The position numbers and the translations under genes are program-made. Shown piece by piece: positions 24,555 through 37,000 of a stretch of DNA of 64,000 nucleotides (position 1 is the stretch's first letter; every line of letters starts with the position of its first letter). Where the stretch lies: the NCBI GenBank assembly GCA_020137815.1, contig CM035358.1:5084001-5148000 (forward strand). The letters are read 5' to 3'. Below the pieces are notes generated by a model. The model saw only the letters and a program-made list of their open reading frames with translations. It ran no database searches and had not been told where the DNA came from. This stretch comes from Hormiphora californensis (Eukaryota; Animalia; Ctenophora).

Positions 24555-26243
24555 CTAGTGTCCCTGAGTTGAGATATCTTCTTTTCCCTCAACATTTTCC
24601 CCAAGATTCCTCCTAGCCAGTGAGAAGGGTCTCTTCTCAGAGCACGGCCATGTAGAGCTTACAATCTTGATCCAGTGGTTCCTTGCCACCGTAGCTAGTG
24701 TCCCATCGCCTTGTATCAGCTTTATGCTGTCCATCATTTTGTCTGCCTCTTTTCTGTCTTCATCTGTCTGCTTACTCTCCTCGTCTAAAGCAGTCATCAA
24801 TTGGCAACAAACTTCTGAGCTGGTGATCGGTTCTAAGGCCTCTGTTAATAAAGTCATCATTTCTTGATCGCAAAGGGAGAAGTTGAAGTTTTCCAACCAG
24901 TAGTTTAGCAGTGGGATCTCTTTACCAACCATCAGAAGAATCAGAAGCTGCTTCATGAATTCACCTACAAGATCAAATTCTACTAACATGGCCATTAGAA
25001 GATCCAAATGTGATCGCTTTGTTATTACTGTCACTAGTGGAAAAAGGTGAAACTGAAACTTAGTTTTGTTTTGTGGCGTGTACGAAAAGAGGTAACTCAG
25101 AAGACTCCAATCTGCATAATTTGTAGCGGATTCCAGTGCTAGAACAGCATAGTCCCAGTAACCACAAAAATCTTCCAATGGCTTCGGGAGATTTGTTTTG
25201 AAAAATTCGATAATGCCTTTTTTTGCCCAGTCAACTTTAAAAACAGCAACCATTTTTACAAAATCGCTGAAAACTTTGAAGTCAGTTGTTTTAGATAGCA
25301 TTTCATTTCTTCCAGTGTAAAAAGCATCGACAAAGATTCGAACGGAGTTAGGATCGAAGTCAGAAACATCATGGTCTAATTCTCCCTCTTCCTTAATGAA
25401 TTCCTTCAAAACAAGAGAGTTTTCAGCTAGAATATAGCTATTGAGAGGAATTTTACTGTTGTCTTTCAGAGAGAAGATTCCATCCGCAGGAAGTGAAAGA
25501 TACTCTCTCCCAAAGTTGAATCCTTTTTGAATCTCTGCCTTGTAAGCAAATGGTTGATCGTGTACCAAAAATGTAACAACCGATAGTGGATTAACCCAAT
25601 TCACGAACAAGATTTCTTCGCCCAAGTCTCCAAACTTTGTCTCAACTATATCTCGTCCTCGCACGGTTATCACTACCGCTCCACTGGGAAGATTCGATTC
25701 AAGTTTACCTTCTTTGTTGAACTTTTTTACCACGAATTTTATATCTCCGTGAGAGCGTTGACCTTCAGCTATCCAACAAGATTCGTTTCCATGATGTCTG
25801 GTAGTTTTCATTTTGATGAAATCCTTCAACAGTCGATGAAAAATCACCAAATTTGATTTAGCTTCAGTAATATCCGATGGTCCCAAATAGGTATCCTTGA
25901 TTGTAATATCAGCTTCGATGGTAAACATTTCTTTTCCAACAAGGTCTTTCCATGGTAGGAATTTGGGCCAACCCCGTCCTCTCTTGCTTTTATTAGAGTA
26001 CTTATAACTTATATTCTTTTTGACCCCTGAACATTTTTCGCTTAGAGAAAATGATGTCACACACATCCATTCCTTTATTGACTGTAATGGTTCACATGCC
26101 AGATATGCTTCTAAAAAATCATCAATTTCCGACACATTAAAATACCAGACAAACTCTCCAAAAATGTTTTTCTCGCTGTCAGTGAAGTTAGAACCGATAG
26201 AAGAAGTCGTAAACTCCGCGGAGATAGTTTTGGTCATTTCCAT
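24555..26243 (-). CDS. Intronless MATH-domain + BTB-like protein, 562 aa
   Basis: N-terminal MATH-like motifs (FVWYF..FLEAYLAC..EWMC..GRGWPKFLPWKDL..FTIEADITI). BTB-like segment (DGIFSLKDNSKIPLNSYILAENSLVLK..VSDFDPNSVRIFVDAFYTG). Helical C-terminus. AG lies 7 nt upstream of the ATG. Confidence 0.75.
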   Translation of the reverse strand: MEMTKTISAEFTTSSIGSNFTDSEKNIFGEFVWYFNVSEIDDFLEAYLACEPLQSIKEWMCVTSFSLSEKCSGVKKNISYKYSNKSKRGRGWPKFLPWKDLVGKEMFTIEADITIKDTYLGPSDITEAKSNLVIFHRLLKDFIKMKTTRHHGNESCWIAEGQRSHGDIKFVVKKFNKEGKLESNLPSGAVVITVRGRDIVETKFGDLGEEILFVNWVNPLSVVTFLVHDQPFAYKAEIQKGFNFGREYLSLPADGIFSLKDNSKIPLNSYILAENSLVLKEFIKEEGELDHDVSDFDPNSVRIFVDAFYTGRNEMLSKTTDFKVFSDFVKMVAVFKVDWAKKGIIEFFKTNLPKPLEDFCGYWDYAVLALESATNYADWSLLSYLFSYTPQNKTKFQFHLFPLVTVITKRSHLDLLMAMLVEFDLVGEFMKQLLILLMVGKEIPLLNYWLENFNFSLCDQEMMTLLTEALEPITSSEVCCQLMTALDEESKQTDEDRKEADKMMDSIKLIQGDGTLATVARNHWIKIVSSTWPCSEKRPFSLARRNLGENVEGKEDISTQGH

Positions 26244-26646
26244 ATTACAGCTATAGAGTATGGTAATTATTATGAAATGATAAAGCTAACCTAATAATTT
26301 AAAGAGAGTCTAAAAATTTCTCACTTTCTCAGTAATACAAGTCACAACGAAGCTAGCAGCACATAAACATTATCTTTCAAAGAGCACTGCATCTCATATT
26401 TCTGGAGGCGTGTCCCTTATCACTTTTCTATTTCCAGAGTGGGAACTTATTCAGTACAATATACTGGAACTACTATGCATACAAACTGAAATCAGATAGA
26501 TCGAAAAAACATAACTCATTCATAGAGGGGGTAGGAGCACCGGGAGGTAATGAATAAACACACACACACACACACACACATTGAGCAAAGAGTTTAAATT
26601 GAACGCCCGGCTTCCAATCCAGAAACAGAGAGTATCGTTACAAATA

Positions 26647-27435
26647 GTAGAGTCGATAACTACATCGACCTCTCCCAATTGTTCCAGTTTTTGTCACATC
26701 AGTTTGGAGCCTCGACACGACCTCTAAACAGGTGTTACTTTTTCACAAACTGTTTTCATCTTGGTGTAATCAGCAGTTGAAATGTTGTTGATCATAACAA
26801 AAACCTGACTAAATTTTTTCAACTTGGGGTAAAACCATGGGTGTCAAAAGTTAGCTCTAGGTCGCCTGAGTAACCATCCGGAGACTCCAAGAGATATTTC
26901 AAGCCGTTCTCCTGTAATCATTAATCCCGGTAGAGCACATATTTGAGTATGGACGTACGTGCAATTGCCTACAACCTCAACTTTAATGTATAACGTTAAT
27001 GTGCGTCTCTCTCTTTTCTCCCCCTTGAGAAAGAGTTATCTCGCGCGGCGCAACCGCACGTGCGGTTTTTCCAGAGAGAGTGAGAGACATACAATAACAT
27101 GTAAACAGCCTGCCAGCGCTCACGTACGTCCGCATTGTATTTTTTTCTCCACCGGGATTAATGATTACGGGAGAACGGCTTGAAATATCTCTTAGAGTCT
27201 CCGGATGGTTACTCAGGGGACCTAGAGCTAACTTTTGACACCCATGGTTTTACCCCAAGTTGAAAAAATTTAGTCAGGTTTTTGTTATGATCAGCTACAT
27301 TTCAACTGCTGATTACACCAAGATGAAAACAGTTTGTGAAAAAGTAACACCTGTTTAGAGGTCGTGTCGAGGCTCCAAACAGATGTGACAAAAACTGGAA
27401 CAATTGGGAGAGGTCGATGTAGTTATCGACTCTAC
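26647..27435. mobile_element. TA-flanked MITE with about 290-bp TIRs
   Basis: GTAGAGTCGATAACTACATCGACC... mirrored at ...GGTCGATGTAGTTATCGACTCTAC, with TA at 26645-26646 and 27436-27437. About 200-bp spacer. Confidence 0.9.
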
Positions 27436-29058
27436 TAAAAAACATTAGTCACGCAGTCACCACCCCTACACTGTTATAGCCGTGCGCAGCGCGGCTAAAC
27501 GAAGCCCGTGTAGATAATAGGGGATTTCATCACCAAACAAAAACCTTGTCCTGGTGTCTGAAACGCAATGGAAGGGGAACGAAGTAACCATGTCCTCTTG
27601 CTGGCTATATTTTATTATTTTGTATATTATGGGGTTCAGGTGATTCCACGAAACCTGCCCAAGCATCGGATGTCCGGCACTTAGGCAGTTATGAGTTCTT
27701 TGAAAGTTTAAAACACAGATACATCTCGTCATCTCGTCCGTTAAAATCTCGTTGCATTACCTGTATAGTATATTTGTATCAATCCCCCTTGATATCATGT
27801 ACACTGGATAAATTCCCAATTCCCAATCGTTTTCAGCTACACAGTGCACACGGGTATGTATCACATGATCACGATTGCACAATTGTAAATTGGCTTACAG
27901 CAGCAGGGGTACCGTGCAGCTGATCTAACCACCCCCTCAAATCACCCCTCTGCAGCTGAATCGTTCCAAAATAGTGACATACATAGTGACATACACCTGA
28001 AAATAGCACGTGCACTGATCTGCTCTTGCATAGTGGGCAGGTAGATCTTGAATGTGATCTGTCCATTTTCTCTCTCTCTGCAGGGGGGATGCACATTGCA
28101 GATAGCAGGGTGACGTGAAGTTTGTTGTGTGCTTCCTTTTATTTAATATCACTAACCCTTTCCGCGTTAATTGGCTTGAGTTAATTGGCGGGAGCCGTAC
28201 CTATGGGTCAAGTAAAAGTATTGTTTTCAAGTATTCAACAAGTTTATTAAAATTGTAGAAAGTACGGTAGTAGCCGTTAGTAGCCCTAGGTACGTCCGTT
28301 TTTCCTAAAGCTGTATAGTTAGTTATTTTTCATGTCTCCAATATAACTTTATCTTGGTAAAAACAATCTGGATCTGGTAGCTTAGTTGCGTGGTGTCTGT
28401 ATTCTAAAAAGTCTCCGGTATTGTCTACACTCTGTAAGAGCTGCTGTCTGTCCTATTTTGTCTGTGTATTTGTGTATGTTGGGCGTTGGTGACACTAGAA
28501 ACTTAATCGTTAGTAGATAGATTGCCTATTCATTGCTGAAATCAATTTCCTGTCATCTACCGGTATAGCTACCCAGTTCAATTTAATTCTTGTTCACCAT
28601 TTTATCTCCCTCTAGTTGTGTTCGTACCCTTTTGGTATTTCATGCATTTTTCAATTCTCCTAATGGTTTTTTACTTATAAAACGATTCTGGATCTAAGTT
28701 CATGTCTGCCTTTATCCCTTCATCATTTCCGCCAAAAAACCTAATGCAATGTACACGGCCCTCAACCCTCACATCCACATTCCACCTTTTTTGGAGATAA
28801 AATTATTGTCCACTTGACCAGCACTTCCGTACCACATCAAAACGTTCTGCATAATTCACAAGCTGCTTTAGTACTCGCTCCTGGGGCCAGTTCAAGTCAT
28901 TATTCTGTCGACAGTCAGCAACAGCTTATTTTCAATTCTTTCTATCTAGCTTCATTATATTTCTAAGTCATCCTTATTCCTCCTTTTTCTCTAACTTCAT
29001 CCACACACTATCAGCTCCAAACTCCATCCTACTCTTCTCTAACTAAGCTTAGATAAGG

Positions 29059-29303
29059 TCCCACCCACCTTCTAATCCACCCTTTCGTCTCCTGTAGCTA
29101 AGCTCCAGCTTTATAAAATCTCTAACCCACCGTTCCCTCTCCTCTAGCTAAGCTCCCACCCACCTTCTAACCCACCCTTTCGTCTCCTGTAGCTATCCTC
29201 CAGCTTTATAAAATCTCTAACCCACCCTTCCCTTTTCTGTAGCTAAGCTCCCACCCACGTCCCACCTTCTAACCCACCCTTCCCTTTCCTGTAGCTAAGC
29301 TCC
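29059..29303 (+). repeat. Tandem repeats of branch point/polypyrimidine/AG modules upstream of endophilin exon 1a
   Basis: Five (C)TAAYCCACC-Y-rich-TAG|CTA units. The last AG (29293-29294) is 25 nt before ATG 29320. Confidence 0.8.
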
Positions 29304-29319
29304 CTACAATCTCGCCAAG

Positions 29320-32300
29320 ATGTTTAAGCCCGAGGAAGAATGCGCGGCCCACGCCGTCAAGACCTTCACTGAATTCAACACTTTCTTCATGCACTGCTCC
29401 AGGCGATTCCAACAGGTAAGCTGCAGATGAAATATTATTTTATTATAAACCCGGGTTTGTTGATGTTATAACAGTGGGAACCGGGACCCCGATTTACCGA
29501 ATACCAGGCCCTAGATTTACCGGAACCCCGATAAAAACAGCTGGGAAGTTTTTTTTTCCGGATTCACCATGAGCACGTATTGGCATGACGAGCAATCTTT
29601 GTGCCGTGAATGCCAAACTTATGACTCTCGTCATTCGTCGATATTGGTAAAAATTTTAGGCGTTATTAAGTTTTTCCGGTTGCTGAGTAGGGGTTCAAAA
29701 GGTTTCAGCTTATCACTGTCAAAACTTTCTAAACGAATAATACTCGTTTTGGTTGGAAGAAGGGTTTCAGTTATCGATCGGCATTTAGAAATCGTCTTTG
29801 ATGTCATTTGAGAGTTTTCTACTTCTGTTTTATGTCTGGTTGGTTTATCGTATATTGGCTGATTTGGTTGTTATTTTTTCGATTTTGTTATCTTCAAGTT
29901 GGTTACCCCTAGCTAGATTGATTTGGAATTAATCAGCATCTCGTTACCACATGATTTCATAAACATTTCCACCAATTTCCATCACAGTGACATCAGTTGA
30001 TTTATATCGCCCAATTTTAGTGCCAACACACATTACACAATCACTATCCGTTTTTAGACCTCTATCTCAATTGTTCATGATTTCACTCAATTGTATTGTT
30101 ATTAGATAAGCCAATCACGTGATTCGATCACGTGACAAAAATACCAAGATCACGTGATCACATGAGTACACCATTCCAAATTAGGAAATGCAAGCAAACC
30201 TTGGTGATCTATGATGTTGCTAATTCTGCACACACCGATGCAAGGGGTGCAGCGGTGATCTGTGTCACTGACTGGCTTGCACGTGCACATTCACAACAAT
30301 CACACACACTCTCTCTATCAGTGATTGTGATGTTATGATGTTGTTGAAGTGTTGTTTGAAATTATAGTTTCCGCTTGTTATAGTTTATATAAATCTGAAA
30401 TAGTTAACTAAACTTCCACCGAAGTACAACCTAGCAAGCTTCAATGAAAATATATCTGCCTTACAATACAATAAGTAAGGGATAGTAGAACTGAGCAAAG
30501 TTGAATAAAGTAACGCTTAGTAAACGATGCCTCATCAAAATATGTTGTTATGCTTTAGGCCTTGATTCATATCAACTATAATAATACCATCCTTTATTTG
30601 CCCTGTCTTAACAGCCAGCTGCAGTTGCTGCTGTCTCATCTTAGAGAGACTTTTATTCTCGCTGTCTGCAAATGTTGTGTTTGCTTTCAGCTGTCTACTC
30701 CGTCTCATCCAATTGGATATATCGTTGTCCACCCCTTACTCAACAACTCGGCTTGATTTTCTCGAAGTAGCATGGTTCAAGAATCAAGGTCTAGTATCTA
30801 ATTGGCTAGTTTTCGTGCACCTGCATCCATTTGGTTTGTTGTGTGATTGTATGTGTTCCAAAGCTATAGTTCTCCAAATTCTAAGCCACCACACAAATCT
30901 TTAGCTCTAAGCTACTACCGCCGCCAAGATGAAGATGGAAAAGATTGACCGAAAAGCGGAGGGATCCGCAGGAAAGCAGTTTGCCCACTTTGTCAAAGTT
31001 GGGTACAACAGGGCTCGCCAGGTACTAGACTCAATAATAGTTGGTGCCACTAAGATGAAATGCAGCTATAGTTGTTTTGTAGAGTTGTTTAGGGAAATAT
31101 GTACTAGCTGCTGAAGAGATCGGTTGGTGTGGTTGCAGATGGTACATTTAACACTAAAAACTACGTGAAAGTCTTCTAGCACTTAGCAGCCTCGCAATAT
31201 CTCTCTAACCACCCCACAATGCCTCTCTCTAACCACTCCACATTACCTCAAGATCATAACCAGGCCATATCTCTAACCACCACTCGTTACCCAGGTAACC
31301 GGAGAGAAGCTGGGAACTGCCCAGAGGACCGAATATGACCGTGAATTCCAGGATCTTTGCAACCGAGTTGACAAGCACGCCTTCTGGGCTAACATGCTTA
31401 CCTCCAAGGTCGAGCTCGTTCTCCAGCCCAACCCCGGTAAGTAAAAGTTGATGAGTGGTTGGGTTCACGTAACCACTGCACTTGATGGGTTTATACCTCT
31501 ATTAGTGAGATGCAATGGCCTTACAGAATTCTTGTAGCCTTCAGAGAGGGATATATTTACAGATCTCAATATAATTTTTATCAGTTTTAACTAATTTTCC
31601 ATTATCCCCCTCAGCCTACCGATTTGAGGACTTCGTCACCGAGAAACTCGGAAACGAGCGTGAAATCCGTCACACCTACACCGAGCAGCTTGGAATCTGC
31701 ATGTTGAACGCCGGTTCTGACATGTCCAGCTCTGATTACGGCCAGGCTCTTCTTATCATGGGAGATTATGAGAACAGGATGGGAGAGGCTGAGCACAAGA
31801 TGATCAAGCAAGCTTTCATCAAGTTCGTCAAGCCTTTCATGGATGCTGCCGCCAAGGAGGGAGCCATTAACGTGAGTCATCATAATTAGCACCTAGTAAC
31901 ACACAAATCACCTAGCAACACCTAGCAACACACACCTCACCTAGCAACACCTAGCACCACACACTCCGCCAAGGAGGGAGCCATTAATATGAGTCATCAT
32001 TACCCTTGTAGAGATATTGGCACCATTACCACCTATTCAATCTCGCACCAAGTAGAGATAAACACCAAAAAAAAGTGTTAAATAACACCCGAGGATATAT
32101 CTACTGTCACGTACCCTAACCCTCTCACCCCTCCCAGAACGAGCGACGAACCCTGACCGCTCTCCGTCTTGATTTGGATGCCGCTAAGAACAGGGTCCGT
32201 GCTGCCAAGACCGCTGACGAGATGAAGGAGCTGGAGACTTTCGTTGATGAGGCCCAGAAGAAGTTCGATGAGCAGTATGAGATCTGCCGTGAGGTCCTCG

Positions 32301-32809
32301 AAGAGAGGTAAGATTCCGTGATCAGTTATAATACCGGCCTCGAGATGGATCGGAGTGATCCACTTCTTAACCCAACTCCAAACTACCTTGCAGTAGCCTA
32401 TTTATAATCTAAAACTACACAAAGTCAAGCCGACTCGACACCCTCCTAACCCAAATTCCCCTCTCGACACCCTCCTAACCCAAATTCTCCTCTCTCCAGG
32501 GACCAGGCCAACGCTGAGATGGTTGTCCATCTTGAGGATCTGTGTGAGGTCCAGGTTGAGTACTTCAAGGCCGCCACCGAACTCGCCCAGGAGATGTGCT
32601 CCAAAGTGTTGAACCGACCGTAAGTCCCCTATCTCGAGTCAATTTCACCAAAGTTTTACTGGTTTTCAAAACATATCCATTTGTAAATTAAATTATAGTT
32701 TCGTTTGAAATGTTTAAAGTTCCATACTTATCCCTCTCTTTCTTTTTTCAGTACTAAGGGAAAGGCCCCTGTTCGTAAGAGGAAGGATAGCTCTTCCGAT
32801 GAGGAATAG
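29320..32809 (+). CDS. Endophilin-B (SH3GLB)-type N-BAR protein lacking SH3, with alternative first exons
   Basis: Exon 1a 29320-29415 or 1b 30929-31021 (both phase 0), then 31295-31436 (GEKLGTAQRTEYD..VLQPNP), 31615-31871 (YGQALLIMG), 32138-32307 (RLDLDAAKNRVR), 32500-32619, 32752-32809 (..RKRKDSSSDEE-stop). Strong C-ending codon bias. Confidence 0.88.
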
Positions 32810-33754
32810 ATCTAATTAATTAATTAATAATTAATTGTATGAACACTAATTGATTGTAAATAGACAATTGACAATTATTATGGGAATGGGATTTATTAAT
32901 TGTATTAATTCAGTTAATCGCAGTTATACAGTTGTTTGTTAATTTAGTATCCTACAACAAGGGCGTCCTAAACAAAACTTCGCCAAAACAATAAATGAAG
33001 CATTTATTTGCCTCATGTTACGGACGCCCTTTCCATCCAGAATTCAACAGGCAATCATAGCAAACTGTCCGTTTACTCGAAGCAGTTTACGAGGGAGAGT
33101 CTCACTTTCTCCCTATGAAAAACGGGCCGTTATGGAAGGTTGGTATCATTGCTGCACCTGTTCACTCCATGAATTGTGAGTTCAATCTTGGTCTCACTCA
33201 CTAAAGCGTACGTCACCAGGATAGATTGGGGGCAATCAGTGTTTCGGCTCCGATATATGACCCCACATCCCAGACGTGTCCCTATACTACTCAACCTTCA
33301 TTCCAACCCCATCCACCTTCTCCTCAACCCCATGAAACATGGAACACTTGAAAGAGGCATAATTGTTTCTGAGGGGAACTCAGAAAAATATATCGTAATA
33401 CATTTCAACACATCTCACTGATACATCACTGATACAGATCAATCTTTATGGACAAATTTACAAAAAACACACGATCTCCTATCAATAATATTCAATAATC
33501 CTGACCTATAATTTGTTCGTTCACGATATCTCTCTAAATTCCCTATCTGGCGCCGCAGACCCCATTTGAGAATCAAATCGGGGTCTGGCGCAGCCAGACA
33601 GGTTATTCCTGAGCCTTTGCACTCACTCTCTGACTCAACAGTCAACCCGCATGCCTTTAACCCTCCCCTATCTGGTTTAATAATAACATCTTCATAGTTT
33701 CTTCATGGTTTGTATAACTCACACCACTTCCCCAACTGTCACAATCAGTCTCTG

Positions 33755-33843
<89 letters not shown>

Positions 33844-33955
33844 TCTGTCTCACTCACTCTCTCTCTATCTCTCTCTATCTCTCTCACTCTCCCTCTCTCT
33901 CCCTCTCTCACTCTCTCTCTCTCTCTCTCCCTCTCTCTCACTCTCCCTCTCTCTC

Positions 33956-33992
<37 letters not shown>

Positions 33993-34081
33993 CCCCCTCT
34001 CTCTCTCTCTCTCTCAGATAGTTTCTGTCAGCTTGACAACTGGTGATCTATCATGGTTATCGTGTGAAGACTGAAGGTCGT

Positions 34082-37000
34082 TCAAACGCACTTGCAAGAG
34101 GTCACGATGATGTCCTCAAAGAGTACAATCTGAAAAGTTATGGTTATTGGTTAGAATCAAATTATAGTTATTCTCTCATTCCTAACAAATCATTTTCCGT
34201 TTATTCTTTCCATCCCCCCTTTTATAATAAATTAATAGTCTGTCAGATGGCATGTCAATTCTAAAAAAGGTACTGCTAGACGAAGACAGTGTTAAACTAT
34301 TGAACAGCAGTTTATTTAGTATATTTCAACTTTCTCGAGCTATGTCCCTCTCAGTTTGACTCCCCTTTCCCTTTTTTACTTTTTACAAAGATCAATTTAA
34401 CTCTAGTTACAATCATGATACCCACCAGCTTTACTTGGGCATTTCATTGCATTGATCAACAGCATTAAACAACAATATACTGTAAACTTTTCGTACTTTC
34501 ATAGTAATCACCACCAGTCAAACCTCGATATACCGTGTACCTCCGGTAAACCCTTCCTCCGAGGAGTCCGGTAAACCGAGGTTTGACTGTTTTGAGTATT
34601 CATCCTAATCATGCTAATGGTAATTAATTAATTAATACATACATCCTATTAGTAATTACCTCATTATCTTCCCTTATGGCTTTAGCTGATTCGTAGGTCG
34701 ATGGCACACAGCACGGCTGATACATCGGTTCCCTCATGTGTTCTGCGTAGTTACCTGTTCAGAGTTTTGTGATGATATTGATTTATGATTGATAACATAA
34801 TTTTAAGTAGACATTAATTAAATATAAGAGAGGTAAATAACAGAGATATGATTAAGGAGAAGAGTTGAAAGCCAAGTCATTCAACACTTCCACTTCTCTC
34901 TTTGCATTGTAGAAAAAGTTGATCGTCTGATCGTCCCTTATCTTTGTAAATCGTATACACCCCTCCCCTAAAACCATCCTCGCACGCCGTCCCTCCTTGT
35001 CTTTGTGTTTGACCACCCGACCAACTACAATCTACACCAATTGAAACAGGATAAGAACTCTATTTTTATTGTTTAACGATAATCACTGTCAACTGATAAC
35101 GAACTACAAAATGAATTTGCAGTTGTACATAATGTTCAAAATTAAAATCCTTGGTTGATTAAGAGATTGCGAGTAGAGTAGAACTGAGTAGTAACGACTA
35201 TATTGTTGCGTCCATAAATTATAATGGTTTTGTGTCGCTGACCTTAAGCAACGTATTGTTTATAAATATATCGCATGTTACTGTTGGTGAGCAGCTCCCG
35301 GCCACCTTCATTTCTCAGCCACCTTTACATCCCCAGTGAAGTCACTAGATAGGCCCCATGGAACTGTCATTAAGCGGAGAGTGTCATGGGGCCTATAATT
35401 TCAGCCTCCCGTCCACTCACTAGCTCACCGAGGCATTGCTCAGCATATCATATCACGCTCAGATCACGTTCTGTGTCTGATCAATTGATGTGAATAAATC
35501 TGTATGTTGGTTGGCAAATTTGGAGAAAATCACAAATTCACATTCAACTGTTCCAGATCATTTCATGTTCCAGCAAGAATTTCTATTCAGCCACACCTTT
35601 CTTTTTCAGTTACTTCTCTTTTTCATCTTTCAATCCTCTCTCTTTTTCAATTCCCCCCCCCCGGCCCGGGAAAAAAAAACGGGTGATCATCATGTGTTTC
35701 GTTAAAGGGTCCTCAACGCCTTGAAAGGGTCACGAATGTCTAAAAGAGTACAATCTGAAAAGTTTGGTTTTTTTGTTAAAATCAAATTAGGTTTTCCTCT
35801 TTAAACAAAAAATTTTCCATTTATTTTTTCCTCCCCCCCCCCCCCCCCCCCCTTTTAAACCCAAACTTGGGGGGAGACCACTGGGGTTTGGTTTGGGGCC
35901 TTTTTAACTCTCAAACCTCGCGCACCCTGAATTCAAATTCGAATTTTTCGCGGAAAAGTTAAATTTTTCGCGAAAACTCATTTCGGCTGAGAAATTTTTG
36001 AAAAGATGTATTTTTAGTCATCTCCGGGTGTCCTTTATCAATCCGGGGTAAATTTCCCCTTTTTTAAATTTTTGGTGAATGGGTCAATTTTGGCCCGGGA
36101 TTTAGCCAAAAACTAGACCAAAAAACAAAGGAAATTTGTTTGGAACACCCGTGGCCTTTTGTCGATACTTGACGCTGCGGGAAATGCACCTAAACATCTG
36201 AGCTACTTATAGGTATCGTTGTGCCATCTCTCTAACACACGCACACTCTCTCTCTCACTCTTTCTCGCGTCTTGCTCTGACGAAGGGTGCATTTCCCGCA
36301 GCGTCAAGTATCGACAAAAGGCCACGGGTGTTCCAAACAAATTTCCTTTGTTTTTTGGTCTAGTTTCTCAGGATTTTTGTAAACAGGTATCAAAAATATG
36401 CAAATAACAGCTAAACGGTGTGAGATACGAATTTTTGTCCGGGGGCCGACCCCCCATAAATCGACTATTCTGCGTCGGAATATGTCCATGAAAACTTTCT
36501 AGGACCAGCTGAAGTGGATATATTCAGAATATGCATTAAATCCTGAATTGGCGCATAAATATGCAAATAACGGCTAAACGGTGCGATATACGACTTTTTG
36601 TCTGGGGAACGACCCCCCATAAATCGACTATTCTGCGTCGGAATATGTCCATGAAAACTTTCTAGGACCAGCTAAAGTGGAAATATTCAGAATATGCATT
36701 AAATCATGAATTGGCGCATAAATACGCAAATAACGGCTAAACGGTGCGAGATAAGAATTTTTGTCCGGGGACCGACCCCCCATAAATCGACTATTCTGCG
36801 TCGGAATATGTCCATGAAAACTTTCTAGGAACAGCTGAAGTGGAAATATTCAGAATATGCATTAAATCCTGAATTTGCGCATAAATATGCAAATAACGGC
36901 TAAACGGTGTGAGATACAGCTTTTTTTCCAGGGGACGACCCCCCATAAATCGACTATTCTGCGTCGGAATATGTCCATGAACACTTTCTAAAACTAGTTA

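Noticed and set aside
33600-33675. Alternative candidate for the TGF-beta terminal exon (KGMRVDC)
   Set aside because: Wrong phase and no CxC; 34082-34129 fits exactly.
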